The notes under the pieces: generated by a model
Told to the model about the DNA's origin: nothing
The model's input: only the letters and a program-made list of their open reading frames with translations
Database searches by the model: none
Source of the DNA: an uncultured Candidatus Peribacteria bacterium
GTDB taxonomy: Bacteria > Patescibacteriota > Gracilibacteria > Peribacterales > Peribacteraceae
Assembly (NCBI GenBank): GCA_964601225.1
Contig: CAZRMM010000006.1
Location: forward strand, 20,240-84,239
Direction of reading: 5' to 3'
DNA length: 64,000 nucleotides
Shown: positions 44,745-53,070 of the stretch, piece by piece
How the letters are laid out: each line of letters opens with the position of its first letter
How positions within the stretch are numbered: position 1 is the first letter of the stretch
Program-made: the position numbers and the translations under genes

Positions 44745-44819
44745 TGGGGAGTCGCCAAGTGGTAAGGCAGTAGCCTCTGGAGCTACCATTCGGGGGTTCG
44801 AATCCCTCCTCCCCAGCCA
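44745..44819 (+). tRNA. tRNA-Gln (anticodon CTG)
   Basis: TGGGGAG TC GCC AAGTGGTAA GGC A GTAGC CTCTGGA GCTAC CATTC GGGGG TTCGAAT CCCTC CTCCCCA G CCA. The 3-bp D stem and U1:A72 pair match bacterial tRNA-Gln. Confidence 0.9.
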
Positions 44820-45056
44820 CCCTTCGTCAGGCTCAGGGTGACAGTCTTTGGGCGAGAGTCGGAGGGATGAGAAGTTTACCCTGAGCGAGTCCTGAGGAGC
44901 ATCGTGCGACGAAGGACGAGTCGAATGGGAATCCCTCCTCCCCAGCCACCCTTCGTCAGGCTCAGGGTGACAGTCTTCGGGCGAGAGTCGGCAGGATGAG
45001 ACGTTTTTCCTGAGTGAGGAGCGCCGAGCGCGACGAGTCGAAGAAAATCCGTTCCC
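44800..45056. repeat. 2 copies of a 129-bp tandem unit that begins inside the tRNA-Gln T-arm/3' end
   Basis: GAATCCCTCCTCCCCAGCCACCCTTCGTCAGGCTCAGGGTGACAGTCTT occurs at 44800 and again at 44929, with a single mismatch at the last base shown. The rest of the unit is diverged. Each unit contains the palindrome CCTTCGTCAGGCTCAGGGT...ACCCTGAG...GACGAAGG. Confidence 0.8.
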
Positions 45057-45127
45057 ATCGCCATTTTTCGAGAGTGGTATCCGGGAACGACGATGATTTT
45101 TTTCGGTGTTCAAAGCATGATTTTTCC

Positions 45128-45135
45128 GCTATAAT
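45128..45135 (+). promoter_or_regulatory. -10 element GCTATAAT, 7 nt from ATG 45143 (leaderless)
   Basis: The sequence reads tttttccGCTATAATaagggaaATG. Confidence 0.55.
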
Positions 45136-45142
45136 AAGGGAA

Positions 45143-46411
45143 ATGCTCAAAACAAACCCCCCACATCAGCGGATGATCTATCCACTGCTGTGCGGTTTCT
45201 TTTTCCTGCTTCTTCTCTTCCTCAGTGTCCGGTTGTATCAACGAAGCAAGGCGGTCGCGGAAAACCACATTCGCAATGCAGTTCTGGCCGTCGTCAGCAT
45301 TGCCGCGAACGACTTCGCCAAGGAATCCGGCGCCCTCGAATCGATGCGCACCCGCGCCGACATGACACGGAAGGATTTTTCCGCCGTGGTTCAGAGGCTG
45401 AAAGACATTCGCACGAGCATCCCCGGTATCCGTTTCGCATACATCATGCGAAGAACCGAGGATCCCATGACGCTGGAATTCATCGCCGATGCCGATTCCC
45501 TGGCGACGGACGGAGAATTGGACGTAAACGGGAACGGTACCGTGGACGATGATGAAAAGGGATCCTATCCCGGCGACTCCTACGACATCAGCGAGACGCC
45601 GGCGATGCGGGAATCCGCTTTCGAAGGACCAACGACCGACGCCGATTTTTCGCACGACTCCTGGGGGACATGGATTTCCGCGTACGCACCGATCCGCAGC
45701 ACCGACGGAAAAGTCGTCGGCATTCTGGGAATAGACATGGGATCCTCGGAGTATGACCGTTTCGTGAACGAAATATTTCCGCAAATTTTCGCTCTCCTCG
45801 GATCAGGATTGCTGTTCTGCCTTGGAGTGACATTCACGGGCTTCCTCCTGCATTTCAGCCGCGTGAGCGCGGAACAAAAAGCGGAGAGCACAGCGGAAGA
45901 GCTCCGGTCCGCGGAGGACGTACTGCACACCATTCTCGAAAACCTTCCCGTCGCGCTCTTCTGCAAGGACGTAAAAAACGGCTACCGCTTCAACATGTGG
46001 AACAAGGAAAGCGAAAAGATGTTCGGTCTGCAATCGAACGCCGTGATCGGAAAGAGCGACTACGATCTCTTTACGAAAACGGAAGCTGATTTCTTCCGAC
46101 AAACCGATGAGAAAGTGATGTCGCAGGGAAAGATCGTCGATATCCCCGTCGAGACGATCGTCTCGAAGAGTCTCGGAAAAATATTTCTTCACACGCGCAA
46201 GGTGCCCATCGTCGATCAGGACGGCAATCCCCAGTATTTGCTCGGCATCTCAGAAAACATCACCGACCGCAAAATCCACGACGATGAAATGAAAAAGAGG
46301 GCGATCGAGCTGCAGCAAATGAACGATCTGATGGTTGGCAGGGAACTTCGAATGCAGGAACTCAAAAAAGAAATTGAAAAACTTAAGGAAAAAAAAGATT
46401 CAACATCTTAA
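45143..46411 (+). CDS. sensor protein: TM - Cache-like periplasmic domain - TM - PAS - coiled coil, no output domain
   Basis: The periplasmic part looks Cache-like (IRFAYIMRR...PGDSYD...WGTWISAYAPIRSTDGKVVGILGIDM). The PAS part is LENLPVALFCKD...GKIFLHTRKVPIVDQDGNPQYLLGISENITDRK. It ends in ELQQMNDLMVGRELRMQELKKEIEKLK. There is no HisKA, GGDEF or other output domain. Confidence 0.75.
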   Translation: MLKTNPPHQRMIYPLLCGFFFLLLLFLSVRLYQRSKAVAENHIRNAVLAVVSIAANDFAKESGALESMRTRADMTRKDFSAVVQRLKDIRTSIPGIRFAYIMRRTEDPMTLEFIADADSLATDGELDVNGNGTVDDDEKGSYPGDSYDISETPAMRESAFEGPTTDADFSHDSWGTWISAYAPIRSTDGKVVGILGIDMGSSEYDRFVNEIFPQIFALLGSGLLFCLGVTFTGFLLHFSRVSAEQKAESTAEELRSAEDVLHTILENLPVALFCKDVKNGYRFNMWNKESEKMFGLQSNAVIGKSDYDLFTKTEADFFRQTDEKVMSQGKIVDIPVETIVSKSLGKIFLHTRKVPIVDQDGNPQYLLGISENITDRKIHDDEMKKRAIELQQMNDLMVGRELRMQELKKEIEKLKEKKDSTS

Positions 46412-46534
46412 GAGAAAAACCGAAAGCGCCATGCCCATCCCGCAGAACCATATCCTTCCCGTGAGGAAGAGAGTGACAATGGAAGATTGGGATTGCGCAA
46501 CCGCAACATCGTAGGAAAAGAGCACGAATTTGAC

Positions 46535-46568
46535 GCTCTTTCCATGCGTTTTTGCATCGCAAAAGGAG
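46535..46568 (+). promoter_or_regulatory. possible SD-sequestering leader hairpin upstream of yhhQ
   Basis: GCTCTTTCC (46535..46543) can pair with AAAGGAG (46562..46568, the only strong SD seen in the window). This encloses the inner hairpin ATGC-GTTTTT-GCAT (46544..46557). Confidence 0.35.
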
Positions 46569-46574
46569 AAATGA

Positions 46575-47276
46575 ATGCCTTTGTTCCCTATGCTCAAAAG
46601 CATGAACGGGTTTCTCTTGCTCCTCCTCGCGATCGCCGACCTCAGTTTCGTTTTTTTCTGCTGGTACCTCGGCGAAGAATGGGTGTACGCCTCAATCGTG
46701 GTCAACATGCTTCTCATCGTGTGCTTCGCGCAGAAACTCATAACGATTTTCGGTTTTATGACAAATGCCGGCAATGTTTTCTACGCCGCAACATTCCTGG
46801 CCATGGGAATCATTATCGAGAACAAAGGTGCCACGCGCGCCTACAAAATGGTGTGGCTGGGTCTGGTTGTTCTCATGACGTTCATTCTGTTCAGTCAAAT
46901 CGTCCTGGGGATGGAAACCGCAAGCTCCTCATTGGCAATTTCCCGTTCGATGAACTCACTTTTTTCCGCCAGCCCCCGCGTCGCCCTTGCTTCATTTCTT
47001 GGCTACAGTTTGAGCCAAACTTTCAATATTTGGTGTTATGATTTTATACGAAAAAAAACGGGCGACGGCTATCTGTGGTTCCGAAAAAACGTCAGTACTT
47101 GGTTTGCCCAAATCGTGGATTCTGTGATTTTTTTCAGCATTGTCTTTGCCGGAGTGGTCGATTTTACAAGCGTTCTGCAGATCATGATCGTAGGACTGAT
47201 TGTAAAGATCGTCGTTGCCATTCTCGATACGCCGTTCCTCTACCTCAGCAGAGTCATCCGCCCGCTGGAAGAGTAA
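46575..47276 (+). CDS. yhhQ: queuosine-precursor transporter (YhhQ/DUF165 family)
   Basis: It has six or more TM segments. WFRKNVSTWFAQIVDSVIFFSIVFAG ... KIVVAILDTPFLY matches the conserved YhhQ C-terminal half. Confidence 0.8.
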   Translation: MPLFPMLKSMNGFLLLLLAIADLSFVFFCWYLGEEWVYASIVVNMLLIVCFAQKLITIFGFMTNAGNVFYAATFLAMGIIIENKGATRAYKMVWLGLVVLMTFILFSQIVLGMETASSSLAISRSMNSLFSASPRVALASFLGYSLSQTFNIWCYDFIRKKTGDGYLWFRKNVSTWFAQIVDSVIFFSIVFAGVVDFTSVLQIMIVGLIVKIVVAILDTPFLYLSRVIRPLEE

Positions 47277-47327
47277 AAACCGGCAGCGATACTTGGGGGA
47301 GATTCGTTTTTAAAAAATCGACTTTTG

Positions 47328-47336
47328 TGCTACAAT
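47328..47336 (+). promoter_or_regulatory. extended -10 element TGCTACAAT (followed by AAGAG)
   Basis: ttttgTGCTACAATAAGAG lies 20 nt upstream of ATG 47357. Confidence 0.6.
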
Positions 47337-47356
47337 AAGAGCAAATACCCATATTT

Positions 47357-48934
47357 ATGAAGGCGCCACAAACCTCCCGGCAATTCTCTATTCTTGCCTG
47401 GGGAATTTTTGTTCTGTGCATCGCCGCGACAATTCTGTGCGGGGCCATCGTCCGACGCTCCGAGAACGAATCCGCACAATTTGCCTTCACCTCAAAAGTG
47501 GATGTCGTTTTGCAGACGATCGCCAACCGAATGATCGACTATGAATCCGTGCTGAACGGGGTCAAAGGACTTTACTTGGCATCGAAATCCGTCGAGAGGG
47601 ATGAATTTGCAAGCTACCTGTCCTCGCTGCAACTTTCCCGCAGACTTCCAGGCATCCAGGCGATCGGCTACAGCGAATTCGTCGGATCAAAGGAAAATCT
47701 CAAGGCATTTGAGGAATCCGTACGGGCCGAGGGGTTTTCCAATTTTGTCGTCACGCCGGAAAATGATCGCAATGAATACCATTCCATCAGATTCATAGAA
47801 CCGTTTGACGAACGCAATCGGCGCGCCTTCGGCTTCGACATGCATACGGAAAGCACACGCGCCGCCGCGATGGATCGAGCGCGCGACACGGGAGTCGCAA
47901 TCCTATCGGGCAAAGTCACGCTCAAGCAGGAAAACAACTCACAACCCCAGGCGGGAACGCTCCTCTATTTACCCATCTACCGCAAGGGAGAGCCCGTCGA
48001 TACGCCGGAACAGCGTCGTGCCGCTTTCCAGGGATTCGCCTATGCGGCTTTCAGAATGGAAGATTTGTTCACGGCGATTCTGAGCACGGTCGACACCTCG
48101 TACATCGATCTCGAAATTTATTCCGTAACGGGAAAAAACGGGGAGGAGGATCTCCTATACACAAATGAAGACCCCGAGGAAAAAGAATCATACCTTCCCG
48201 AAATCGCAGGAACGCATACGCTGCGTATCGGAGGGCAATCATGGTCCGTCCGTTATCACACATCGAAAGAATTCGACAGGTCGCACTCTCATCTCAGCTC
48301 AATCATCGCTTGGGCATCCGGAACTGTCGTCAGTATTCTGGTTTTTACGATTGCCATGCTCCTCAGCTTGGCAAAAGAAACAGCAGAGGGCCGGGCACAA
48401 AAGATTGCGCAGGAAATGGCAAAGAACGAGGACACGTGGAAACTCGCGATGGAGGCGAGCGGCGATGCCGTGTGGGAATGGAATCTCTTAAGCAATCAAT
48501 GGAGGAACAGCGAGCGCGGCGCCCGCATGCTCGGATACAATCCGGGCGAATTGAAAGATGACGAGCTTGCGTGGCCGAAAGTGGTGCATCCCGACGATTT
48601 TGCAAAAATCACGACGGAACGAGAGCGTCACATCCAAAACCAAAACGAGATTTTCTTCTGCGAAGTACGCATGCGCTGCAAAGAAGGGAATTATAAGTGG
48701 GTCTCTCTTCGAGGAAGGGTGGTGGTGCGCTCGGCAAACGATAGGCCCGTACGCATGATCGGCACCACGACCGATATCACAGAACGAAAAGCATACGAAG
48801 AAAATCTTCAAGAGAAGAATGCGGAACTTGAGCGCATGAACGAGTTGATGGTCGGTCGCGAACTGAAAATGCGTGATATGAAAGATGAATTGAAAAAATT
48901 ACGCGGCTCTACGGACGATTCCGCGTCGTCATAA
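47357..48934 (+). CDS. sensor protein: CHASE - TM - PAS - coiled coil, no output domain
   Basis: The CHASE-like region is LPGIQAIGYSEFV...YHSIRFIEPFDERNRRAFGFDM...RARDTGVAILSGKVTL...LLYLPIY. The PAS region is WEWNLLSNQW...VHPDD...YKWVSLRGRVV. The C-terminus ELERMNELMVGRELKMRDMKDELKKLR is near-identical in pattern to that of 45143..46411. Confidence 0.75.
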   Translation: MKAPQTSRQFSILAWGIFVLCIAATILCGAIVRRSENESAQFAFTSKVDVVLQTIANRMIDYESVLNGVKGLYLASKSVERDEFASYLSSLQLSRRLPGIQAIGYSEFVGSKENLKAFEESVRAEGFSNFVVTPENDRNEYHSIRFIEPFDERNRRAFGFDMHTESTRAAAMDRARDTGVAILSGKVTLKQENNSQPQAGTLLYLPIYRKGEPVDTPEQRRAAFQGFAYAAFRMEDLFTAILSTVDTSYIDLEIYSVTGKNGEEDLLYTNEDPEEKESYLPEIAGTHTLRIGGQSWSVRYHTSKEFDRSHSHLSSIIAWASGTVVSILVFTIAMLLSLAKETAEGRAQKIAQEMAKNEDTWKLAMEASGDAVWEWNLLSNQWRNSERGARMLGYNPGELKDDELAWPKVVHPDDFAKITTERERHIQNQNEIFFCEVRMRCKEGNYKWVSLRGRVVVRSANDRPVRMIGTTTDITERKAYEENLQEKNAELERMNELMVGRELKMRDMKDELKKLRGSTDDSASS

Positions 48935-48941
48935 AACCCTC

Positions 48942-51326
48942 ATGGCAAAGACCCTCTCCATTCAGGCCCGACTTATCCTCCTGCTCCTGCCGGCGGTTTT
49001 CGCGATCACGGTCGTTTCCCCCCTCGTGTTTTTCGGCATCGTCGGCACCGCGATCGAAGATTCGAGCATCCGGGAAAATCTTCTCGTTCTTAAAAAAAAC
49101 AGCGAAACCACGAGGCAATTCGTCGAAAGTGACAAGCGCCTCATTTTGGCTCTTCGCGATGTGCCGCCGATTCAAGGAATGATTCGTTCGAGGAAAACGG
49201 GTTTGGACAAGCAGGACAACAGTACGTACGAACAGTGGTCCACGCGATTGTCGCAGATTTTCCGAGCCCATTTGAAAGCGAACAATTCCATTTACCAGTT
49301 GCGAGTCTTCGACGAGAAAGGCAACGAAGAAGTTCATGCGGAGCTTATCGGCGGGCAGATCGTCATCACGCCGCCGAATCTTCTGCAAAACAAAAAGGAT
49401 CGTCCGTACTTTCTCGAGGCGATGCAGCTCTCGAACGACGAACTCTATGTGTCGAGCGTCGAGCTCAATCAGGAGTACGGTAAAATTGAAATGCCGTACG
49501 TCCCGGTCTTGCGCATCGCAACGCCCGTTTTCGACTCAGAGGGGAAAAGAAAGGGCGTGATTATGGGAAACTTTCTCGCCGGCGAGATATTTTCGCCCCT
49601 GCGGGAACAGTCCGCGATCCTGGAAAATTTCGTCGTGGATCACGGGGGATTCTTCGCCCTGCACCCAAACGCAGAAATGGAATTCGGGGCTGACCTCAAA
49701 AAGCCAGAAGCGACAATCGTCAACGAATTCCCGACACTCGCCCCGCTGATTCGGAAATCGAAAAACGGAAACTATTACGATCAGGGCACCGAGCGCGAAT
49801 TCCTGTGGGAGACCATCAAATACGGACCGAATGCCGAACAAACATGGACCGTCATTTCCTCCATAGACCGAATGGCTCTGGTCGCCCCGATACAGCGGCT
49901 GAGAAGCATCATCATCGCGGTATCGACGATGCTTGCCTTTTCGATCATCGGTCTTATCGCCTACTCGGCGCACAATCTTTCCTCGCCTATTCGTCATCTC
50001 ACGAAGGCCGTAAGCGCCGTCGCAGCCGGAAAAATTGACACGGTCATTCAGGAAAATGCGAACACGGCGGAAATGGCGGAGCTCAATCAGGGATTTAAAA
50101 AAATGCAAAACGCACTCAATCAAACATATACGGACATGGAGGGGAGAATTCAAGAAAGAACGAAAGACGTCGCCTATGCCCTTGCGAAACAGAAGCAATC
50201 CAATCTGGCAATGCTGAACATCATGGAGGACCTGGAGAATGCAAAAACTCAATTGCAGAACGAGGCGACGGAGACGAAAAAATTCCAGAACGCCGTGGAG
50301 GGCTCGACGGACGCAATCGCCATTACAAGCATCGAAGGAAAGATCGTTTTCGTCAACAGAGCCTTCGAAATACTGACGGGATACAGCTCGGAAGAAGTCG
50401 TCGGAAAAAATCCCAAGATTCTCCGGAGCAACCAAACAAAAGAGGAGACCTACAGCCAAATGTGGAAGGCAATTCTTGAAGGGAAGGTTTTCGCCACGGA
50501 TGATATAGTCAACAAACGAAAGGACGGTACGCTCTACAATGCAGAACTGACCGTCTTCCCGGTACTCAAGAACAACAAGCCCATCTACTTCGTGGGCGTG
50601 CAACGGGACATCACACAACGAAAGAATGAGGATCGGGTGAAATCCGAGTTTATTTCTCTGGCTTCGCATCAATTACGAACGCCGCTCACGGCCCTGCGCC
50701 TGTCTCTTGAACTTCTGTCGAAGGGCCGTTTCGGTCCTCTCACGGAGGAACAGGAGAATATTGTCCAGAGCGGTCTCCGATACGCTGTGGCGCTGGCAGA
50801 GACAATCCACACCATGCTCTCGATCTCGCGCGTGGAAGTGGGAAAGGCATCCATCGATGCGACTGCAATCCACGTGCAAGAATTCCTACGGGAAATTTCC
50901 AAAGAGCTGTCATACAGCGCTTCGCAAAAATCCCTGCAGGTCGTCGTCGATTGCCCGGAAGACATCGTCATTCATACCGACAAAAACTTCCTGAAAGAAA
51001 TTATCGCGAACCTCACGAGCAACGCGATCCGCTACACGCCCGAGAAGGGCAGGATCGAGATTCGCGCCCTTGTCGTCGAAAATAATTTGAAGATTTCCGT
51101 TCAGGACAACGGCTATGGCATTCCCGCGGAAGCACAAGAACGGATCTTCCAAAAATTCTTCCGGGCAGACAACGCGCAAAAGAAAGTGCCGGACGGAACC
51201 GGCCTCGGTCTGTATCTCGTACAATCGCTGGTCTCAATAATCGGCGGGAGGATCTCCTTCGTCTCCGAGGAAAACAAAGGAACGACCTTCACCCTTTCCC
51301 TCCCCTATTCCCCTTCGCAATCGTGA
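48942..51326 (+). CDS. sensor histidine kinase: Cache-like - TM - HAMP - PAS - HisKA - HATPase
   Basis: The H-box is SEFISLASHQLRTPL, the N-box is LTSNAIRYTP and the G-boxes are VQDNGYGIP and GTGLGLYLV. No response regulator is present in the window. Confidence 0.85.
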   Translation: MAKTLSIQARLILLLLPAVFAITVVSPLVFFGIVGTAIEDSSIRENLLVLKKNSETTRQFVESDKRLILALRDVPPIQGMIRSRKTGLDKQDNSTYEQWSTRLSQIFRAHLKANNSIYQLRVFDEKGNEEVHAELIGGQIVITPPNLLQNKKDRPYFLEAMQLSNDELYVSSVELNQEYGKIEMPYVPVLRIATPVFDSEGKRKGVIMGNFLAGEIFSPLREQSAILENFVVDHGGFFALHPNAEMEFGADLKKPEATIVNEFPTLAPLIRKSKNGNYYDQGTEREFLWETIKYGPNAEQTWTVISSIDRMALVAPIQRLRSIIIAVSTMLAFSIIGLIAYSAHNLSSPIRHLTKAVSAVAAGKIDTVIQENANTAEMAELNQGFKKMQNALNQTYTDMEGRIQERTKDVAYALAKQKQSNLAMLNIMEDLENAKTQLQNEATETKKFQNAVEGSTDAIAITSIEGKIVFVNRAFEILTGYSSEEVVGKNPKILRSNQTKEETYSQMWKAILEGKVFATDDIVNKRKDGTLYNAELTVFPVLKNNKPIYFVGVQRDITQRKNEDRVKSEFISLASHQLRTPLTALRLSLELLSKGRFGPLTEEQENIVQSGLRYAVALAETIHTMLSISRVEVGKASIDATAIHVQEFLREISKELSYSASQKSLQVVVDCPEDIVIHTDKNFLKEIIANLTSNAIRYTPEKGRIEIRALVVENNLKISVQDNGYGIPAEAQERIFQKFFRADNAQKKVPDGTGLGLYLVQSLVSIIGGRISFVSEENKGTTFTLSLPYSPSQS

Positions 51327-51643
51327 CAAAGATTCCCGTTGCGGGGGATGAAGAACGTATTGGAAAGCTTTACGCTTTCTCGATCCTCCGATGTCCGACA
51401 TGAACGAATGAGGGACTCGTCCGGCTCAAGAGCGAAGAATTCGGAGCCATCGATTTCATTGTAAAAAGTGATACAGGGAAGCGATCTTGGGGTGAAAATC
51501 CGGGAATATTTCAATTCCCGTCAATCAGTGACTCCAAACTGCGGAATCATCTCCGCCACCGAGAGTACTTGTCTGTTCGTCAGAAGAATTTTTTTGAACA
51601 CAAAATTTGATCATAGTTTTTCCCATTTTCGGCTGAGATCTTC

Positions 51644-51675
51644 AAAAAAAGGACGACCGTGGTCGTCCCTTTTTT
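51644..51675. terminator. bidirectional intrinsic terminator
   Basis: The sequence is AAAAAAA-GGACGAC-cgtg-GTCGTCC-c-TTTTTT. It lies 21 nt after the hcp-like stop on the minus strand and 318 nt after the kinase stop on the plus strand. Confidence 0.75.
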
Positions 51676-51696
51676 AGTCATGAAACACTTAGACAA

Positions 51697-52284
51697 TTAC
51701 TTCTTGGCGGCCTTGAGATCGTAGGTGGCCTTGATTGCAGTGTCCAAACTACCGTCACTCTTTTGCGGACTGTATGAAAATTCGATTTTCGTGAAATTCA
51801 AACTGAGCGACTCCATCGGACGATCGGAGCCACTCTGAGTCATTAGAGAAGAAACCATGACATCCGCGAGTGTTACCTGATAGTACTCCTGGCCAGAAGA
51901 ATTTTTGCAGCTCAGTTTTGCTGACTTCATGTGCGTCCCGGAGACGGCATTCAGAAAGAGCTGAGGAGAAGTTTTATCGATGCGCTTCGTCACCATGAAA
52001 CTAATATCGCTCATCGAAACTTTTCCTGCTCCCATGCCGCTGCTGCCAACGGATGTAGCATTCGACATTCCCCAGCTGAAAGACTGGACTTCGATTGAAC
52101 CGGTGGCGTTTTCCCCTTGGACGCCATCGAGCCAAAGAGTGCAGCCCGGCATGGAAGTTGCCATGGAAGTGGGCGAGATCGTTTTCGCGGTTGTTCTCGT
52201 AGATTGCGCCAATGCCGTCGAGGCGCCGAAGAGAGCCGCAACCACGCCCGCGGAAAGCAGGAGGAATGATGTTCGTTGTTTCAT
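51697..52284 (-). CDS. hcp: Hcp-family (T6SS tube / phage tail-tube fold) protein with N-terminal Sec signal peptide
   Basis: LWLDGVQGENATGSIEVQSFSWGMSN...GMGAGKVSMSDISFMVTKRIDKTSPQLFLNAVSGTHMKSAKLSC...YYQVTLADVMVSSL...ESLSLNFTKIEFSYSPQKSDGS aligns by eye along the whole length with Hcp1-type proteins. The preceding MKQRTSFLLLSAGVVAALFGASTALAQS is a canonical signal peptide. I start at ATG 52284. Confidence 0.8.
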   Translation of the reverse strand: MKQRTSFLLLSAGVVAALFGASTALAQSTRTTAKTISPTSMATSMPGCTLWLDGVQGENATGSIEVQSFSWGMSNATSVGSSGMGAGKVSMSDISFMVTKRIDKTSPQLFLNAVSGTHMKSAKLSCKNSSGQEYYQVTLADVMVSSLMTQSGSDRPMESLSLNFTKIEFSYSPQKSDGSLDTAIKATYDLKAAKK

Positions 52285-52480
52285 AGAAGAAAAGAAAGAA
52301 AGATAGTCTAAGACTAGCACGCGTTTGACGTTTGTTGAGCCTCTCAACACAGGAACGTGCAAAAAAAACAAGGAGAATCGCTCTTCGTAAATTTCGTTTC
52401 AGCTGCTCTTGATTTGAACAATCCCGCACATGATGTGTTATCAAAATTTTTCTTTGCTTTCGAAAAAAGCCCTTTGGTTT

Positions 52481-52489
52481 GTGTACAAT
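52481..52489 (+). promoter_or_regulatory. -10 element GTGTACAAT
   Basis: It lies 39 nt upstream of ATG 52529. Confidence 0.45.
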
Positions 52490-52528
52490 AGGAATCCCTT
52501 TTCCTCTCTACTCTTCTTTCCTCTATCT

Positions 52529-52966
52529 ATGATCCACCTCATCGCCGTTGGGCAGTACGTCGGCACGCACATGCTCGGCATTCTCCTCGCGATCCTTGCG
52601 ACGTACGTCATCGGATTCATCTGGCACGGTCCGCTCTTCGGCAAGCAGTGGATGGCCTACAACAACATCACGCCGCCGAAGAAGGAAGATATGAAATTCT
52701 CCATGATGCTCCCCGGTCTCGCCGCAAACTTCGTCATGGTCTTCGTGCAATCGGCCGTTCTCGGACGAACGTTCCAGATCGTGAGCCTGCGGGGCATCGT
52801 CGACGCGTTGATCATCGCCGTCATTCTCTGGCTCCCCTTTACCGCGCTTGCATTCGCCAATTCGTACGCCTGGGAAGGAAAAAAGCCAGGCCACTGGTGC
52901 CTGGACGCCGGATACTACCTCATCTCAATATTGGCGGTGTCCGCGATCCTCTACATCACCCTCTGA
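52529..52966 (+). CDS. DUF1761-like membrane protein (145 aa)
   Basis: Four TM segments. GFIWHGPLFGKQWM is typical of DUF1761. Confidence 0.55.
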   Translation: MIHLIAVGQYVGTHMLGILLAILATYVIGFIWHGPLFGKQWMAYNNITPPKKEDMKFSMMLPGLAANFVMVFVQSAVLGRTFQIVSLRGIVDALIIAVILWLPFTALAFANSYAWEGKKPGHWCLDAGYYLISILAVSAILYITL

Positions 52967-53070
52967 AAACACGCCTCTTTTTCAAAAATCCCGCACCGTT
53001 CGATGCGGGATTTTTTGATGCGGTTGCGCGACGTTGCCTCAAGAACGGGCGCATGGGTAGAATGGATCCC

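Noticed and set aside
46420-46577. Definite preQ1-I riboswitch upstream of yhhQ
   Set aside because: The conserved preQ1-I elements (GGTTC..CTA..ACCC plus the A-rich AAAAAACTA tail) are not visible. Only a generic SD-sequestering hairpin can be drawn, so it is reported as a hypothesis, not a feature call.
51697-52284. A type VI secretion locus around hcp
   Set aside because: No TssB/C sheath, TssK/F/G baseplate, VgrG/PAAR, ClpV or TssM/L-like ORFs are present anywhere in the 64 kb. The flanking genes are a sensor kinase and a DUF1761 membrane protein.
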